From positions 245,768,001-245,832,000 of the forward strand of contig CM126208.1 in the NCBI GenBank assembly GCA_052327205.1: DNA of 64,000 nt, written 5' to 3'. The DNA is from Somniosus microcephalus (lineage: Eukaryota). The position numbers and the translations under genes were made by a program. Shown here piece by piece: positions 25,101-37,700 of this stretch. How positions within the stretch are numbered: the stretch's first letter is position 1; the number at the start of each line of letters is the position of its first letter. The notes below the pieces were generated by a model. That model was not told the origin of the DNA. It made no database searches and was given only the letters and a program-made list of their open reading frames with translations.

Positions 25101-27199
25101 CAGTACTGCAGTACATGGTACATTAACCCAATTTTATATATAGCTCCACTAACCATCAGGCTGTGCAATTTTTAATGGCAGATTTTTTTATGTTAGACTA
25201 TTTAGAGATATCTAAATCAATTGATGTACTCTGAAGAAAGTAAACCCAGAACAATATTTCCATATACACCAAGGCAGCAAGACAAAAGGACAGAGGTTCA
25301 GAGTTGTGAAGGGAAGTTTTAGGTTAGATATCAAGAAGTATTTCTTTATACGGAGGTGTGTATTTTATTCCTAGTGCTCCTGGCGCAGTGCTGTGAGCAC
25401 GAGGAGCATATATCGAGAATTGGGGTACTTGTGACAAATTGTAGGCCTGTGAATTTGGCACCTTCCAGATAGATGTATGGACATGAATTCTCTTTGCCGG
25501 GAATGCTGAAGAGAAAGACTTATTCTGAAGGGCTAGCAATAGTTGCCTGAAACGATGGTTGAGGTCTCATTTAACAAACAACCGAATGTTGTAACTGGAA
25601 GACAGTAGGGCATGTATTCTGGAAGAATGAAATCAAATACGCTGAAGGGCCTTCGTTATCTTGTGATCAGGGCCTAGAAATGACTGTTGATAATATTAGC
25701 AGACGAATGCTTAATGTCTTCGTGTGACATTCCTTTGTTCACTTTTCTAGCAGAGGCATTAACCAATTTGAAATAGATGGGTTAATGTTGTACTAAAATA
25801 GCAGACAAAGGAATGTATTAAGCATTCATCCACTAAAACTGCCTAGAGTAATGTCCAGGCTCTTGTGATCATCAAAAAATGTATTAATTCACATCAATAA
25901 AGTCAGTAAATTGCTAAGTGAGTGTAGAAGTAAGCATGATCAATGAGATATCTTTAACAGGGATGGTCCCATAATATTTAGCGATGGGGTGTTTATTTTT
26001 GTTATCACAGATGCCTTTTGAAAGCGCAATTCAAAATTACAACATTTCACTTGGCATCACTGGTCTGATCCGGTCAGCTCGCTTTCAAAAACTGCCGTTA
26101 GAGCTCTTACAACAATGGCTTCGTGGTGTCTGGACCCCAGCTGAGTCGCTGACATCTGGAAAAGAAGACAGCAAAAAAGAAATGATCACAGGTGCTTGGG
26201 GTAAAGATTCCTCTAGGTAAACCAGCGCAATTCACCCGAATTCAGCCAAACCAGCGTAAAAGCTCGAGGGATTTCAAGCGCGAGTTACGTCCAGCGCAAA
26301 TCGAGTTTCCACAATCTTTTACGCTGGTTTAAAAACTCCTGGATGTTGGACGCCAGCCCTGCCCACAAAACTGACCATGCCCCCAGAAAGAACGAGGGAG
26401 CACGGCCCGTTTCCACCAATTGCGCCCGTTTGTGGCCCTTTGAGGAGGCGCTTCAAATTAAGCTGGGTTTTTTTAGGCACAAAGGCACTAATAGGCACCT
26501 TTTAAAAGTTTTTAAATAATACAAAATATTTAATTTACTAATAAACTGACTAGTGTACACCAATGAAACCAGTAAATGGTTCTGTATAGTTTTTAAAGCC
26601 GTTTTCAGTGATTTAAAATTGGGTTACTCACAGGTGATGGACTGGACAATCTTACAGTATTAAAGATGCTTATTTTTTTGTGATAAACCCATTTTCAGCT
26701 GTATTAATAAAACTTCACCAGCTTACCACTCTTAAATACATCAAGGAATATTTTTAATACAAGGGGAAAAAAATAAACAATTACATTCTAAAACACTGCC
26801 CGATTGCATTGGTTCATGAAAGATTTTACGTTTGCGATTCCGCAAATGAGTTTGAGTGGAAACTTGAACCAATACTTCACTTCGGAAAAGCAGCGCAATT
26901 TCGAGCACAATTTGCACCCAGATTGCCAATTGGGAAAAATCGTTTTGGAACTGCAATAGTTATTAGACATAAATGGGAGAGGGCTATTATTGAAACCTGC
27001 AGCTGCCACCAGTGCAATATTACTTGTAGTTGGGTGTAGCTGCTTTTACCTTGTGCGAGGCCCATGTCACTGGTTCCTGAACCATGGGTCTTGCACAGCT
27101 GGCTGCCAGCCAAATGTAAAACTGCCAGCACTCACGAAAACCAGATGCCAGGGAAGCTGGTCTGCAGAGGTACTGTCCCGCTCCCTTTCAAAAACCGCC

Positions 27200-29385
27200 A
27201 TCATTACCCACCTCCTTAAAAAAATACTCTCGAATCCGCTGTCCTCACAAAGTACCACCCCATCTCCAACTCTCCAAAGTCCTTCAACATTCTGTCGCCT
27301 CGCAAACCCATTCCCGTCTTTATGGTAGCTCCATGTTTGAAGCTCTCTGATCAGGTTTCTGCCTTTGCCACAGCACTAGAAATGGCTCTAACCAAAGGCA
27401 CAAATGTAATTTTCCGTGATTGTGACTTATGTCCATTTTGCTTCCTCATTCTCCTTAACCTCTCTGCAACCTTTGACATCATCCTCCTCCAATGTCTCTC
27501 CTTAGTTGCCCAGCTGAGTGGGACTGTCCTTGCCTGGTTCCACTCTTCCTATCCAGTCGTAGCCATAGGAAGTTCAGCAATGGCTTTTCTCGTTCCCACA
27601 GTGTTATCTCTGCAGTCCCCAAGGTTCGATCCTGGGCTCCCTTCTCTTCTTATCTACATGGTGCCCCCTTGGTGATATCATCCAAAGGCCTGCCCAGGCC
27701 TCTCCATCACCTATCTTGCACCCTCCACTGCATTTATGTTGTCAGATTGCTTGCCCGACATCCAGTCTTGGATGAGCCGCAATTTCCTTCAGTTAATCAT
27801 TGGAAAGATTGACGCCATCGTATTTGGCCACCACCACAAACTCCATACCATTGCCATTTATTTCATCTCCCTCCCTACCCACTGTCTCAGGTTGAACCAG
27901 AATGCTCGGAACCTCAGTGTACTATTCGAACCCGAACTGACCTTCCAACCCCATATCCTTTCCATCGCAAAGACCTCCTACTTCCACCTCTGTAACATCA
28001 CCTGCCTCCACCCCCTGCCACAGCCTACCTGCTGCTGAAACCCTCATCTATGCCTATGATGCCTCTCGACCCGACTATTTCAGTGCTCTCCTGGCCAGCT
28101 TCCCATCCTCCGTGGTCCATAAACTTCAGCTGATACAAAACTCTGCTGCCCATATCCTATCCCATCACTCCTGTCCTTGCTAACCTACATTGGCTTAGGT
28201 TTCTCCAACACCTCTAATTTAAAATTCTCTTCCTCATGTTTAAATCCCACATGACCTTGCCCTGCCCTATTTCTGTAACCTCCTCCAGCTCTACACCTCA
28301 TCCCAGAACACTCTGTTCCTCTGACTCTGGCCTCTTGTTCATCCTCCCCTCCCTTTGCACTACAATTGGTGGATGTGCCTTCAACCATCTGGGTTTCATG
28401 CTCTGGAATTCCCTGCCTAAACCTAGAATTACATAGAATATATAGCACAGAAACAGGCCATTCGGCCCAACGGTGTTTATGCTACATTTGAGCCTCCTCA
28501 CATCCATCCTCATCTAACTCTTTCAACATAACTCTCTATTCCATTCTCCCTCATATGCTTATCTAGCTTCCCCTTAAATGCACCTGTACTATTCACCTCA
28601 AATATTCCCTCAACTTGCTCCCTTTATGGGTTTCAGCAGCAGGTAGGCTGTGGCGGGGGTGGGGTGGAGGCAGGCGATGTTACAGAGGTGGAAGTAGGAG
28701 GTCTATGCATTGGAAAGGATATGGGGTTGGAAGGCCAGTTCAGGGTCGAATAGGTCACTGAGGTTCCGAACATTCTGGTTCAACCTGAGACAGTGGCCAG
28801 GGAGGAGGATGGAATCGATGGCAAGGGGATGGAGTTTGTGGTGGGGGCCAAAGATGTCAATCTTCCAAATGTTTAACTGAAGGAATTTGCGGCTCATTCA
28901 AGACTGGATGTCGGACAAGCAATCTGACAACATAGATGCAGCGGAGGGGTCAAGGTAGGTGATTGCGAGGCGGAGCTGAGTGTTGTCAGTATACATGAAG
29001 AAGATGACCCCAGGCCTTTGGATAATCTTACCAAGATAAAGAAGAGAAGGGAGTGAGTTCCACATTCTCACCACTCTCTGGGTAAAGAAGTTTCTTCTGA
29101 ATTCCCTATTTGATTTCTTGGTGACTATCTTATATTGATGGCCTCTAGTTTTGCTCTTCCCCACAAGTGGAAGCACTCTCATGTGTCTACTCTATCAAAA
29201 ACACCTCTGCACCTCCACCTCTCCTCCTTTAAGAGCCTCCTTAAAACCCATCTGTTTGACCAAGCTTTTGGTCATCCCTTCTAGTATCTCTTGCTTTGTC
29301 TCAGCGTCCACTTTTGTCTGATTACTCCTTTGTGAAGCACCTTGGAATGTTTTTCTATGTTAAACGCAAGCTGTTGTTGTTGTAA
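27200..29385 (+). mobile_element. Decayed L2 LINE interrupted by a CR1 3' fragment (28425-29200) containing an inverted L2 piece (about 28630-29035)
   Basis: LILLNLSATFD, LSDCLPDIQSWMSRNFLQL...FEPELTFQPHI (L2 RT). TRGHQYKIVTKKSNREFRRNFFTQRVVRMWNSLP (CR1, minus). The L2 tail resumes at about 29200. Confidence 0.75.
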
Positions 29386-31202
29386 CAAAGCAACTTAAAT
29401 TACATTTTTTTTCTTCAGCAGGATTGTACAGCCAGCTCCAACATATGCAGGTCAACAGTTGGCTCTGTGGCGTGTGGTTGTGTCCAACCATCCCTGTGGA
29501 GCTTGCCACATTTGATTGATATTGTTCGTATTTGCTGAACTAATCTGTGAAAGCGCGCTGAAACTGATTATTACTGCTGAATAACAGACATCAAAATATC
29601 ACCACCCACATAAGCCTGTAGGGTGAAGTGAAAGTCTGTACTGATCTCCGGTTTTGTTGAAAAATATGCTTCAGGGGCAGAGATAATGGTGCCACGATGG
29701 GAGAGAGCATGCCTTTCACTTCTGGGACCTTGCATTAAAATCATTGCAAAGAAAAGTCCTCCTTTTTAAATGTTCCAAATGAAATCTCTCTTCTGGTGGT
29801 CTTCATTCAGTGTTCATTTTACATGTTGATGTTATACAGTGCCATGATCAGATAGCACCTGGAGTACAGTTCCTGTCACTGCCATGTAAAGGGCCATCAG
29901 GCCCAAGAGGCAATGCAGAAAGAGAGCAATAAGGCTGATCTTCAATGTCAGAAGCAAAAGCTATGAGGAACAGCTTGATAAGCTATGCCTGTTCTACCTC
30001 CAAAGGAGATGTCTCAAAAGGGGCAGAGGTATAGAAGTTGCTTAATAGATACAGAAAGTAGAGCTGAAATTATACTTTCAGATACTCCGGCAGCAGAACA
30101 AGAGGGCATAGATTCAGGGGTGTGCAGGGTCAATTTAGGACAGATGTCAGGAAGTATTTCTTTACACAGAGGGTCAACTGCAATTTGAGCGAGTTATCAG
30201 GAAGTGATTGAGGCCAAGATTCATTAAAGAAACAGCAAGGTACTGTCACGGGAAGACGTCAGAGTTGGTATTCCAGAGGGATGAGATGAAATGGTTTTTG
30301 AAGAGCCTTCTTCATCCAAGCCTATCTTGGCTTATTCATGGAGCAAACTACCTTAATACTTGACAGTAGTTGCAAATTCCAACAGTCAATGAGTAATGAT
30401 GTTTTGACAATAAAACCTATAGATTGGTTGTGAAGTATTCCAAGAATGGTTTGTTGTGCAATCATTCTTCAGAAAAAAATGTTAATTTAGGTTGATTTGG
30501 TTACAAATAGTTTTTCAACAAGGTTTAAGATAACACTGGTATTTCTCCACATATTTAATTTTAATATAAGAGAGCAAAGTACAATTATTTTCCTAATAGA
30601 AGCAGCACAGGGCATAAATTGATGGCATAAAAATAGATAACAACTTGTTACCTACATTTTACCCAGTAAGTTCCTGCTGCACATGGCATGATGGAACCCA
30701 TAAAACAGCACAGGGTTTTTTATTGCCAGATGCGTCACACCACAGAACAACTCATTTTTCAAAAGGGAGAGGGAGAAGAAAGATGGAAATGCAATCTCAA
30801 GCCATTGTCGCTGTTAAGCTTCATTACACAAATTCACACAATAATTGCTATCAGGAGCTCAACTTATTGATCTTCTATACAGATGGATACACCGGAGTGA
30901 GCTTGCTATAAGCAGAGACAAAGTTTGTCACAAGAGGTTTCAATGACAGATGTATAATAAGAGACTTTTATCACATGTGTAATGTTACCACGAGAAAATA
31001 AGGAGGTTTCCACATTTTATTTCATACAGCTTTGAAACAGTTATGGGCTGTTTTTCCTTGCTAAAGTTCAAAATAAAGGTCAGGAAATAAGCTGTCTACA
31101 GGACCAGGCCAGACTAAGCTGAAAACTAGTTTGGACAGAGGAGCTAATCTATATTTCTTTTCTTTTTCTCTTCTCCTGACTAGCCAATCTGTGTCAGCGT
31201 AA

Positions 31203-32478
31203 TTTTTTTTTAATTTGTTTATGGGATGTGGGCATCGCTGGCAAGGCCAGCATTTATTGCCCATCCCTAATTGCCCTTGAGAAGGTGGTGGTGAGCCACC
31301 TTCTTGAACCGCTGCAGTCTGTGTGGTGAAGGTACTCCCACAGTGCTGTTAGGTAAGGAGTTCCAGGATTTTGATGAAGGATTGGCAATATACAGGATGG
31401 TGTGTGACTTGGAGGGGAACTTGGAAGTGGTGGTGTTCCCATGCGCCTGCTGCCCTTGTCCTTCTAGGTGGAAGAGGCCGAGGGTTTGGGAGGTGCTGCC
31501 GAGGAAGCCTTGGCAAATTGCAGCAGTGCAACTTGTAGATGGTACACACTGCAGCCACAGTATGCCGATGGTGGAGGGAGTGAATGTTTAAGGTGGTGGA
31601 TGGGGTGCCAATCAAATGGGCTGCTTTGTCCTGGATGGTGTCGAGTTTCTTGATGTTGTTGGAGCTGCACTCAAACAGCCAAGTGGAGAGTATTCCATTA
31701 CACTCCTTACTTGTGCCTTGTAGATGGTAGAAAGGCTTTGGGGAGTCAGGAGGTGAGACACTCGCCGCAGAATACCCCGCCTCTGACCTGCTCTTGTTGC
31801 CACAGTATTTATGTGGCTGGTCCAGTTAAGTTTCTGGTCAATGGTGACCCCCAGGATGTTGATGGTGAGGGATTTGCCAATGGTAATGCCATTGAATGTC
31901 AAGGGGCGGTGGTTAGACTCTCGCTTGTTGGAGATAGTCATTGCCTGGCACTTCTGTGGCACGAATGTTACCTGCTACTTATCAACCCAAGCCTGAACGT
32001 CGTCCTGGTCTTGTTGCATGCGGCATGGACTGCTTCATTATCTGAGGAGTTGTAAATGGCACTGAACACTGTGCAGTCATCAGCGAACATCCCCATTTCT
32101 GACCTTATGTTGGAGGGAAGGTCATTGATGAAGCAGCTGAAGATGGTTGGGCCTAGCACACTGTCCTGAGAAACTCCTGCAGTGATGTCCTGGGGCTGTG
32201 ATGATTGACCTTTAATCACCACAACCATCTTCCTTTGTGCTAGGTATGACTCCAGCCAGTGGAGAGTTTTCCCCCCGATTTCCATTGACTTCAGTTTTAC
32301 TAGGGCTCCTTGATGCCACACTCTGTCAAATGCTGCCTTGATGTCAAGGGCAGTTGCTCGCACCTCACCTCTGGAATTCAGCTCCTTTGTCCATTTTTGG
32401 ACCAAGGCTGTAATGAGGTCGGGAGCAGAGTGGCCTTGGCGGAACCCAAACTGGGCATCAGTGAGCAGGTTATAGGTA
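31203..32478 (-). mobile_element. 5'-truncated CR1-group LINE (same family as 11299-14343)
   Basis: QFGFRQGHSAPDL...ALDIKAAFDRVWH...GVSQDSVLGPTIF...MFADD, plus the same 3' tail. Confidence 0.9.
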
Positions 32479-33270
32479 AGTATGAGTCGATAGGTGCCAC
32501 CAACTCTCAGTGTATTGCACAACTGGCCATTCTTCATGTGTGAACCAAATAATTGGTTATCGGCAGGCTAATCATCCATAGAAGACATCACAACTATGCC
32601 TGAACCTGTCCTCACCAAGTGTACACACACGCACACACACAGGAACCCTGATGGACTTCTTCACTCCATAGTCTAGGGCATTCTGAGACCATCTCTATTG
32701 CTGTGCGAACTGAACAGAGACCTGGGATCTAACCTGAAACCTTTCTGATATATATGCGTTAGTCCCATACTAAGTGATATACTCATCAGGATCTGGGTGC
32801 GCCCCTCTACTTTCATGTTCAAATCTGTTTATGCTGAAATATTGGCGATCCATTTTTGGCACAAACATAAACAAGTTCCTTAAGTTGTGCACGCCAACAT
32901 TAGTAAGGGCTTTCAAATTTGAAAACCCTGAAATAATTGCACACTCTAGACAAAATGAACATAAACGCATATTAGTGATGGATGGTGAAATAAAAAATTA
33001 AATAGCATATAAATAGCGCTGGAAAAATGTAATAACATTCAGATGAAAGGAAGTTGAATTTACCTGCTGTGTGGTTAATACCTGCAGTCGCTGTTGTATT
33101 TTCTTCTACACTGGACAGTTACCTCAGGGGTGGAATCTCCTGATAAAGGCTGCTATTATTGTTAAGACATGCCTATCCTTTGGCAGCTGTGGGGGTATTA
33201 TGCAGAAAACAGAGCGGGTCTTTTCTCAGTCCTTCGAGTATGTCTCCGGTGAAGTGTCCAATAAGTAACA

Positions 33271-33639
33271 TCATTCATTGTTTACATAGCTGTATATATG
33301 AAGGTAACAGTGGACTAAACAGGCCAGACAGTGAAAGTAAGAATCAAGTAAGCTGCATATACACCAGAAGTAACAATTAAAAAGATTCTCTATGCAATGA
33401 ACATAACAGGCAAACAGACAGGTTACAAACCGAATGTAACAATTGAGCAGATTCCCCACACAGCAAAGGTAACAATCAAAAGTACTGTCTATACTGTTCA
33501 AGCCACAGGTGAAGAGACGATCAAGGCATTGCAAGTAACAGGAAAGAAATCCGCTGGTGTAATGAAAGAAGCAACGCAAAAAAGTATCTATACACTGAAG
33601 TGAAACTAAAAACTGAATAGCCCATCTATACACCAACAT
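33271..33639 (-). CDS. Candidate coding exon/ORF: Cys-rich hydrophobic 11-aa repeat protein, unknown
   Basis: Nine tandem 11-mers (C-I/L-x-x-L-F/L-x-C-Y-x-x) and 33-bp DNA periodicity. Possible acceptor tttagtttcacttcAG at 33595. Not TE-like. Confidence 0.4.
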   Translation of the reverse strand: MLVYRWAIQFLVSLQCIDTFLRCFFHYTSGFLSCYLQCLDRLFTCGLNSIDSTFDCYLCCVGNLLNCYIRFVTCLFACYVHCIENLFNCYFWCICSLLDSYFHCLACLVHCYLHIYSYVNNE

Positions 33640-33899
33640 TATAGCATAAGTGAGGATGTTTTAACAGTGAAATGAAAATTGATAATTTACTGTATCCACC
33701 ACCTCTGATGTCACAATAACTACACTGACCTCAAAATAGCTATCTTCTGACATCGTAAACCAATCCATCAGTGTTCAAAATACCAAACAATAACATTGTA
33801 AATCTTTTTTTAAATCGGTATCTAATTGCATTATTACATCCCTTTCAGTATAACCTAGAACATGTAATGCTTAAGTGGACAATAGCTTGTTACATAATT

Positions 33900-34000
33900 A
33901 AAATAAAATCAGAAAATGCTAGAACTACTCATCAGGTCAGGCAGCATCTGTGGAGAGAAAAACAGATTGAACGTTTCAGGTCGATGACTTTTCATCAGAA
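33900..34000 (-). mobile_element. Penelope-like element terminal fragment with degenerate minimal hammerhead core
   Basis: Minus strand CTGATGA-aaagtc-atc-gacct-GAAA-CGTT followed by ctctccacagatgctgcctgacctg. Confidence 0.65.
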
Positions 34001-34057
34001 ATGGAGGGGCAGTTCATGTCGGCCTGTGGTGTGTGCTGTTGTACAATATGTTTTATT

Positions 34058-34692
34058 ATGGGAGGAAGGGGCGATTGAGAGGGAGGGGGGAGATTGGGAG
34101 GGAGGGGGATGTTTGGGAGGGAGGAGCGATTGAGAGGGGGATGATTGAGAGGGAGGAGCGATTGAGAGGGGGATGATTGGGAGGGAGGAGCGATTGAGAG
34201 GGGGATGATTGAGAGGGAGGGGCGATTCAGAGGGGGATGATTGGGAGGGAGGAGCGATTGAGAGGGGGATGATTGGGAGGGAGGAGCGATTGAGAGGGGG
34301 ATGATTGGGAGGGAGGAGGGATTGAGAGGGGGATGATTGGGAGGGAGGGGGCGGTTGGGAGGGGGTGATTGGGAGGGAGGGGGCGGTTGGGAGGGAGCGA
34401 TTGGGAGGGAGGAGCGATTGAGAGGGGGATGATTGGGAGGGAGGAGCGATTGAGAGGGGGATGATTGGGAGGGAGGAGCGATTGAGAGGGGGATGATTGG
34501 GAGGGAGGGGGCGGTTGGGAGGGGGGTGATTGGGAGGGGAGGGGGTGATTGGGAGGGGGTGATTGGGAGGGAGGGGGCGGTTGGGAGGGGGTGATTGGGA
34601 GGGGGTGATTGGGAGGGAGGGGGCGGTTGGGAGGGGTGATGATTGGGAGGGAGGGGGCGGTTGGGAGGGGTGATGATTGGGAGGGAGGGGCC
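34058..34692 (+). repeat. G-rich minisatellite (GGGAGGGAGGAGCGATT-like), left part
   Basis: Direct tandem variants of gattgggaggg. The array continues after the Gypsy at 39095. Confidence 0.95.
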
Positions 34693-34702
34693 TCGTGGAC
34701 GG

Positions 34703-37700
34703 TGATGTAGAAAGACTACTGAGCACTTGGTTTGAGTATAAAACAAGGCTTTAATCAACTGTTTCACAACCATGAGATTCTAGTTACATCACTAGTTCCT
34801 GGTTACAGAAACATCCTGAGCAAGCTGGGCCCACGCCTAAGTATTTATACTCCTTGGATGGCACCACCAGCTGGCCGCCCAGTGTTACTTCATGAGTCAT
34901 GATAAGATTCATGACATCCTTCCCGCCTGAAAGTTTTGGAAGTCCGACGACTTCCTTCTAGTGGATTAGGTGGACTTCGCTTGTGGCTGGAAGGCACATC
35001 TCCTCGGACCGTGTCTTCGTCCCTGGGTCATACTGGTAGATCGACGGGGCCCGTGTCGCTTTGATCGACCTGCGGAAGACTGGGGAGATCGTGACTCCGG
35101 GTGCGGGTCCCCACAGGTGCAGAACTGGCATCATCTTGGTTGGTAGCCGGAGATTGACAGGCGTCCTGGCTTTGGGTGGCCATTCCATGGGAAGCGCCCA
35201 GCTCCCCGAGTTGATCCGGTGGAGTAGCCGGCAGATCCCTTGATGTCCCAGGTAGGGCGTCATCCTCAAAGGAGTGCAGAGCGTCGGCATCATTAACACG
35301 GGTTCCTCTACCAGTTGGGTCTGTGGGACTGGTCGGACAGGGAGCCAGATCTCGGAGTGAAAAGGTGGACTCACGGCCATCAGGGTACTGCACGTGCGCG
35401 CAAGCGGGATTAACGTTCGTTAGTTCCACCTCGTTGACGTGGGGATCATTTTTGGAAGATCGGACGAATCTTCAGAGCAGCACGGGGCCGGGAGCTGCCA
35501 ACCATGATGGTAGAGACGTCCCATGAGTGGAGCGACGCTGGAACCTGAAGAATCGTTCGTGAGGAGTAACGTTGGTGGACGTAGAAAGAAGAGACCTGAT
35601 GGAATGCAACATGTCAGGGAGCACAGTTTCCCACTGCTGGTCTGGTAGGTTGCGTGATCTCAGTACAAGATGAACAGCATTCCAAATGATAGCGTTGTAT
35701 CTCTCAACCTGTCCGTTACCGATGGGATGATACGGTGTCGTTTTACTTGTGGCGATTCCCTGTTGGGAAAGATAATTTTTGAGTTCATTTGACATGAAGG
35801 AGGGACCCTGATCAGAGTGGATGAAAATGGCCGTACCGCAAAGGGAAAAGACTTGATCGAGGCATTTGATCACTGTGGAAGTAAGCATATTGGGACAGGG
35901 GAAAGCAAAGGGAAAGCGTGAATATTCGCCCACCATAGTAAGCAAGTAGGTGTTTCGCGTTGAGGAAGGCAATGGCCCTTTAAAGTCAATGCTGAGTCGC
36001 TGCATAGGCTGCATAGCATGTATGAGCGAGCCATCCGACGGACGGAAGAATTGCGGTTTTAATTCCGCACAAATTCTACAGGTGGAGCATGTTCTTTTCA
36101 CATCTTCCGTAGAAAATGGGAGATTTTTAGATCACACAAAGTACAACATACGGGTAACGCCAGGATGGCATAAGTCAGTATGAAGATCCGCAAGAGCCGA
36201 AGTTGACATAGAAGAGCAGAATGCACGCGTGAGGGTATCCGGGACTACATTCTCTTTGCCGGGTCGATAATGTATGGTGTAGCCAAAGGCGGCCAATTCC
36301 ATCTCCAGACCTGTATTTTGTTATTCTTGATCTTAGTGCATTTCCGGTTATCCAGCATAAAGGCCACGGAGCGCTGATCAGTTATAAGTGTGAAATGGCA
36401 ACGAGCGAGAAAATGACTCCATTTACGTACAGCTTTGATGATAGCCGTAGCCTCCTTCTCGGCAGGAGGATAATGGAGCTCGCTACCCTGCAAAGTTCTG
36501 GACAGAAATGCCACGGGTCGACCACCTTGATTCAAGGTAGCAGAGATCGCCACCTCCGATGCATCGCACTCGACCACGAAAGGAAGATTTTCATCGATGG
36601 AACGAAGCGTGGCTTTTTCCAGTTTTCCAGTTGTCGCTTGAGGAGGCTGAAAGCTGAAATAGCCGTTGCCTCCAACGGAAATGACTTTGCATGAAGCAGG
36701 GGCTGGATCTTGTCGGAGAAGTGGGGTATCCACTTCACATAATAGGCGAACATGCCGAGTGCCCGACGAAGAGAGCCGAGATTCGTAGGGGGAGGGAGCT
36801 CCTGAAGCGGACGAAGTTGCTCCGGATCTGGTTTGATGACACCATTGCCCACCCAGTAGCCAAGGATGTTGACTGATGGTACTGATTTCACAGATTTGGA
36901 CTCATTTAAGGTTAAGCTGCGACGACGGAGAACGTCAAAAAATTTCTGGAGGTTGGCATCATGCTCCTTCTGGTCATGACCAGCAATGGTGATATTATCC
37001 AGATATGGAAAAGTGTCCGTTAAGTTCTCCTGTTTGACTAGGCTATCCATTGCCTGTTGAAAGACGGCCACCCCATTGGTGACCCCAAATGGAAGGCGAC
37101 AAAACTGATAAAGCCAACCATTGGCCTCAAAGGCCGTATACTTTTTGTCAGAGTCCTTTAACGGCACTTGATGGTATGCGCTCTTTAAATCAAAAGTTGA
37201 AAATACCTTGTAGTTGGCAAGGTTATTGACCATGTCATCGATGCGTGTTAGTGGGTAGGCATCCAGGTCGGTATACTGGTTAATAGTTTGTGAATAATCG
37301 ACGTTTCTTGTGTTGCTTCAGAGGATTTTTAACAACGACGACTTGAGCCCGCCAGGAAGATGAACATGGCTCAATGATACTGTCAGCTAGAAGGCGAGAG
37401 ATTTCTGCCTCGATAAAGGATCGATCATCTTGGCTGAAACGTCGTGATTTAGTGACTATGGGCTTACATCAGGGGGAAAGATTGGAAAACAAGGAGGGCT
37501 CATCGAGCGAAGCCGCCAAAAGCGCACAAAACGATACTTTGGAAATAGTAAGCTCCAGCTTTGACCCTCCAAACTCGAAAGTGAGTCTTTTGTGTTGTTT
37601 CTGGAAATCCTGTCCCAGGAGCACATCACTGCATAGGTGTTTGAGCACCCCGAGCCGGGTGGAGAAATAAGTGCGGCCATTGAGAATAAGGTCGACAAGA

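Noticed and set aside
33976-34773. Pro/Ser-rich ORFs
   Set aside because: Translations of the stop-poor minisatellite, with no gene context.
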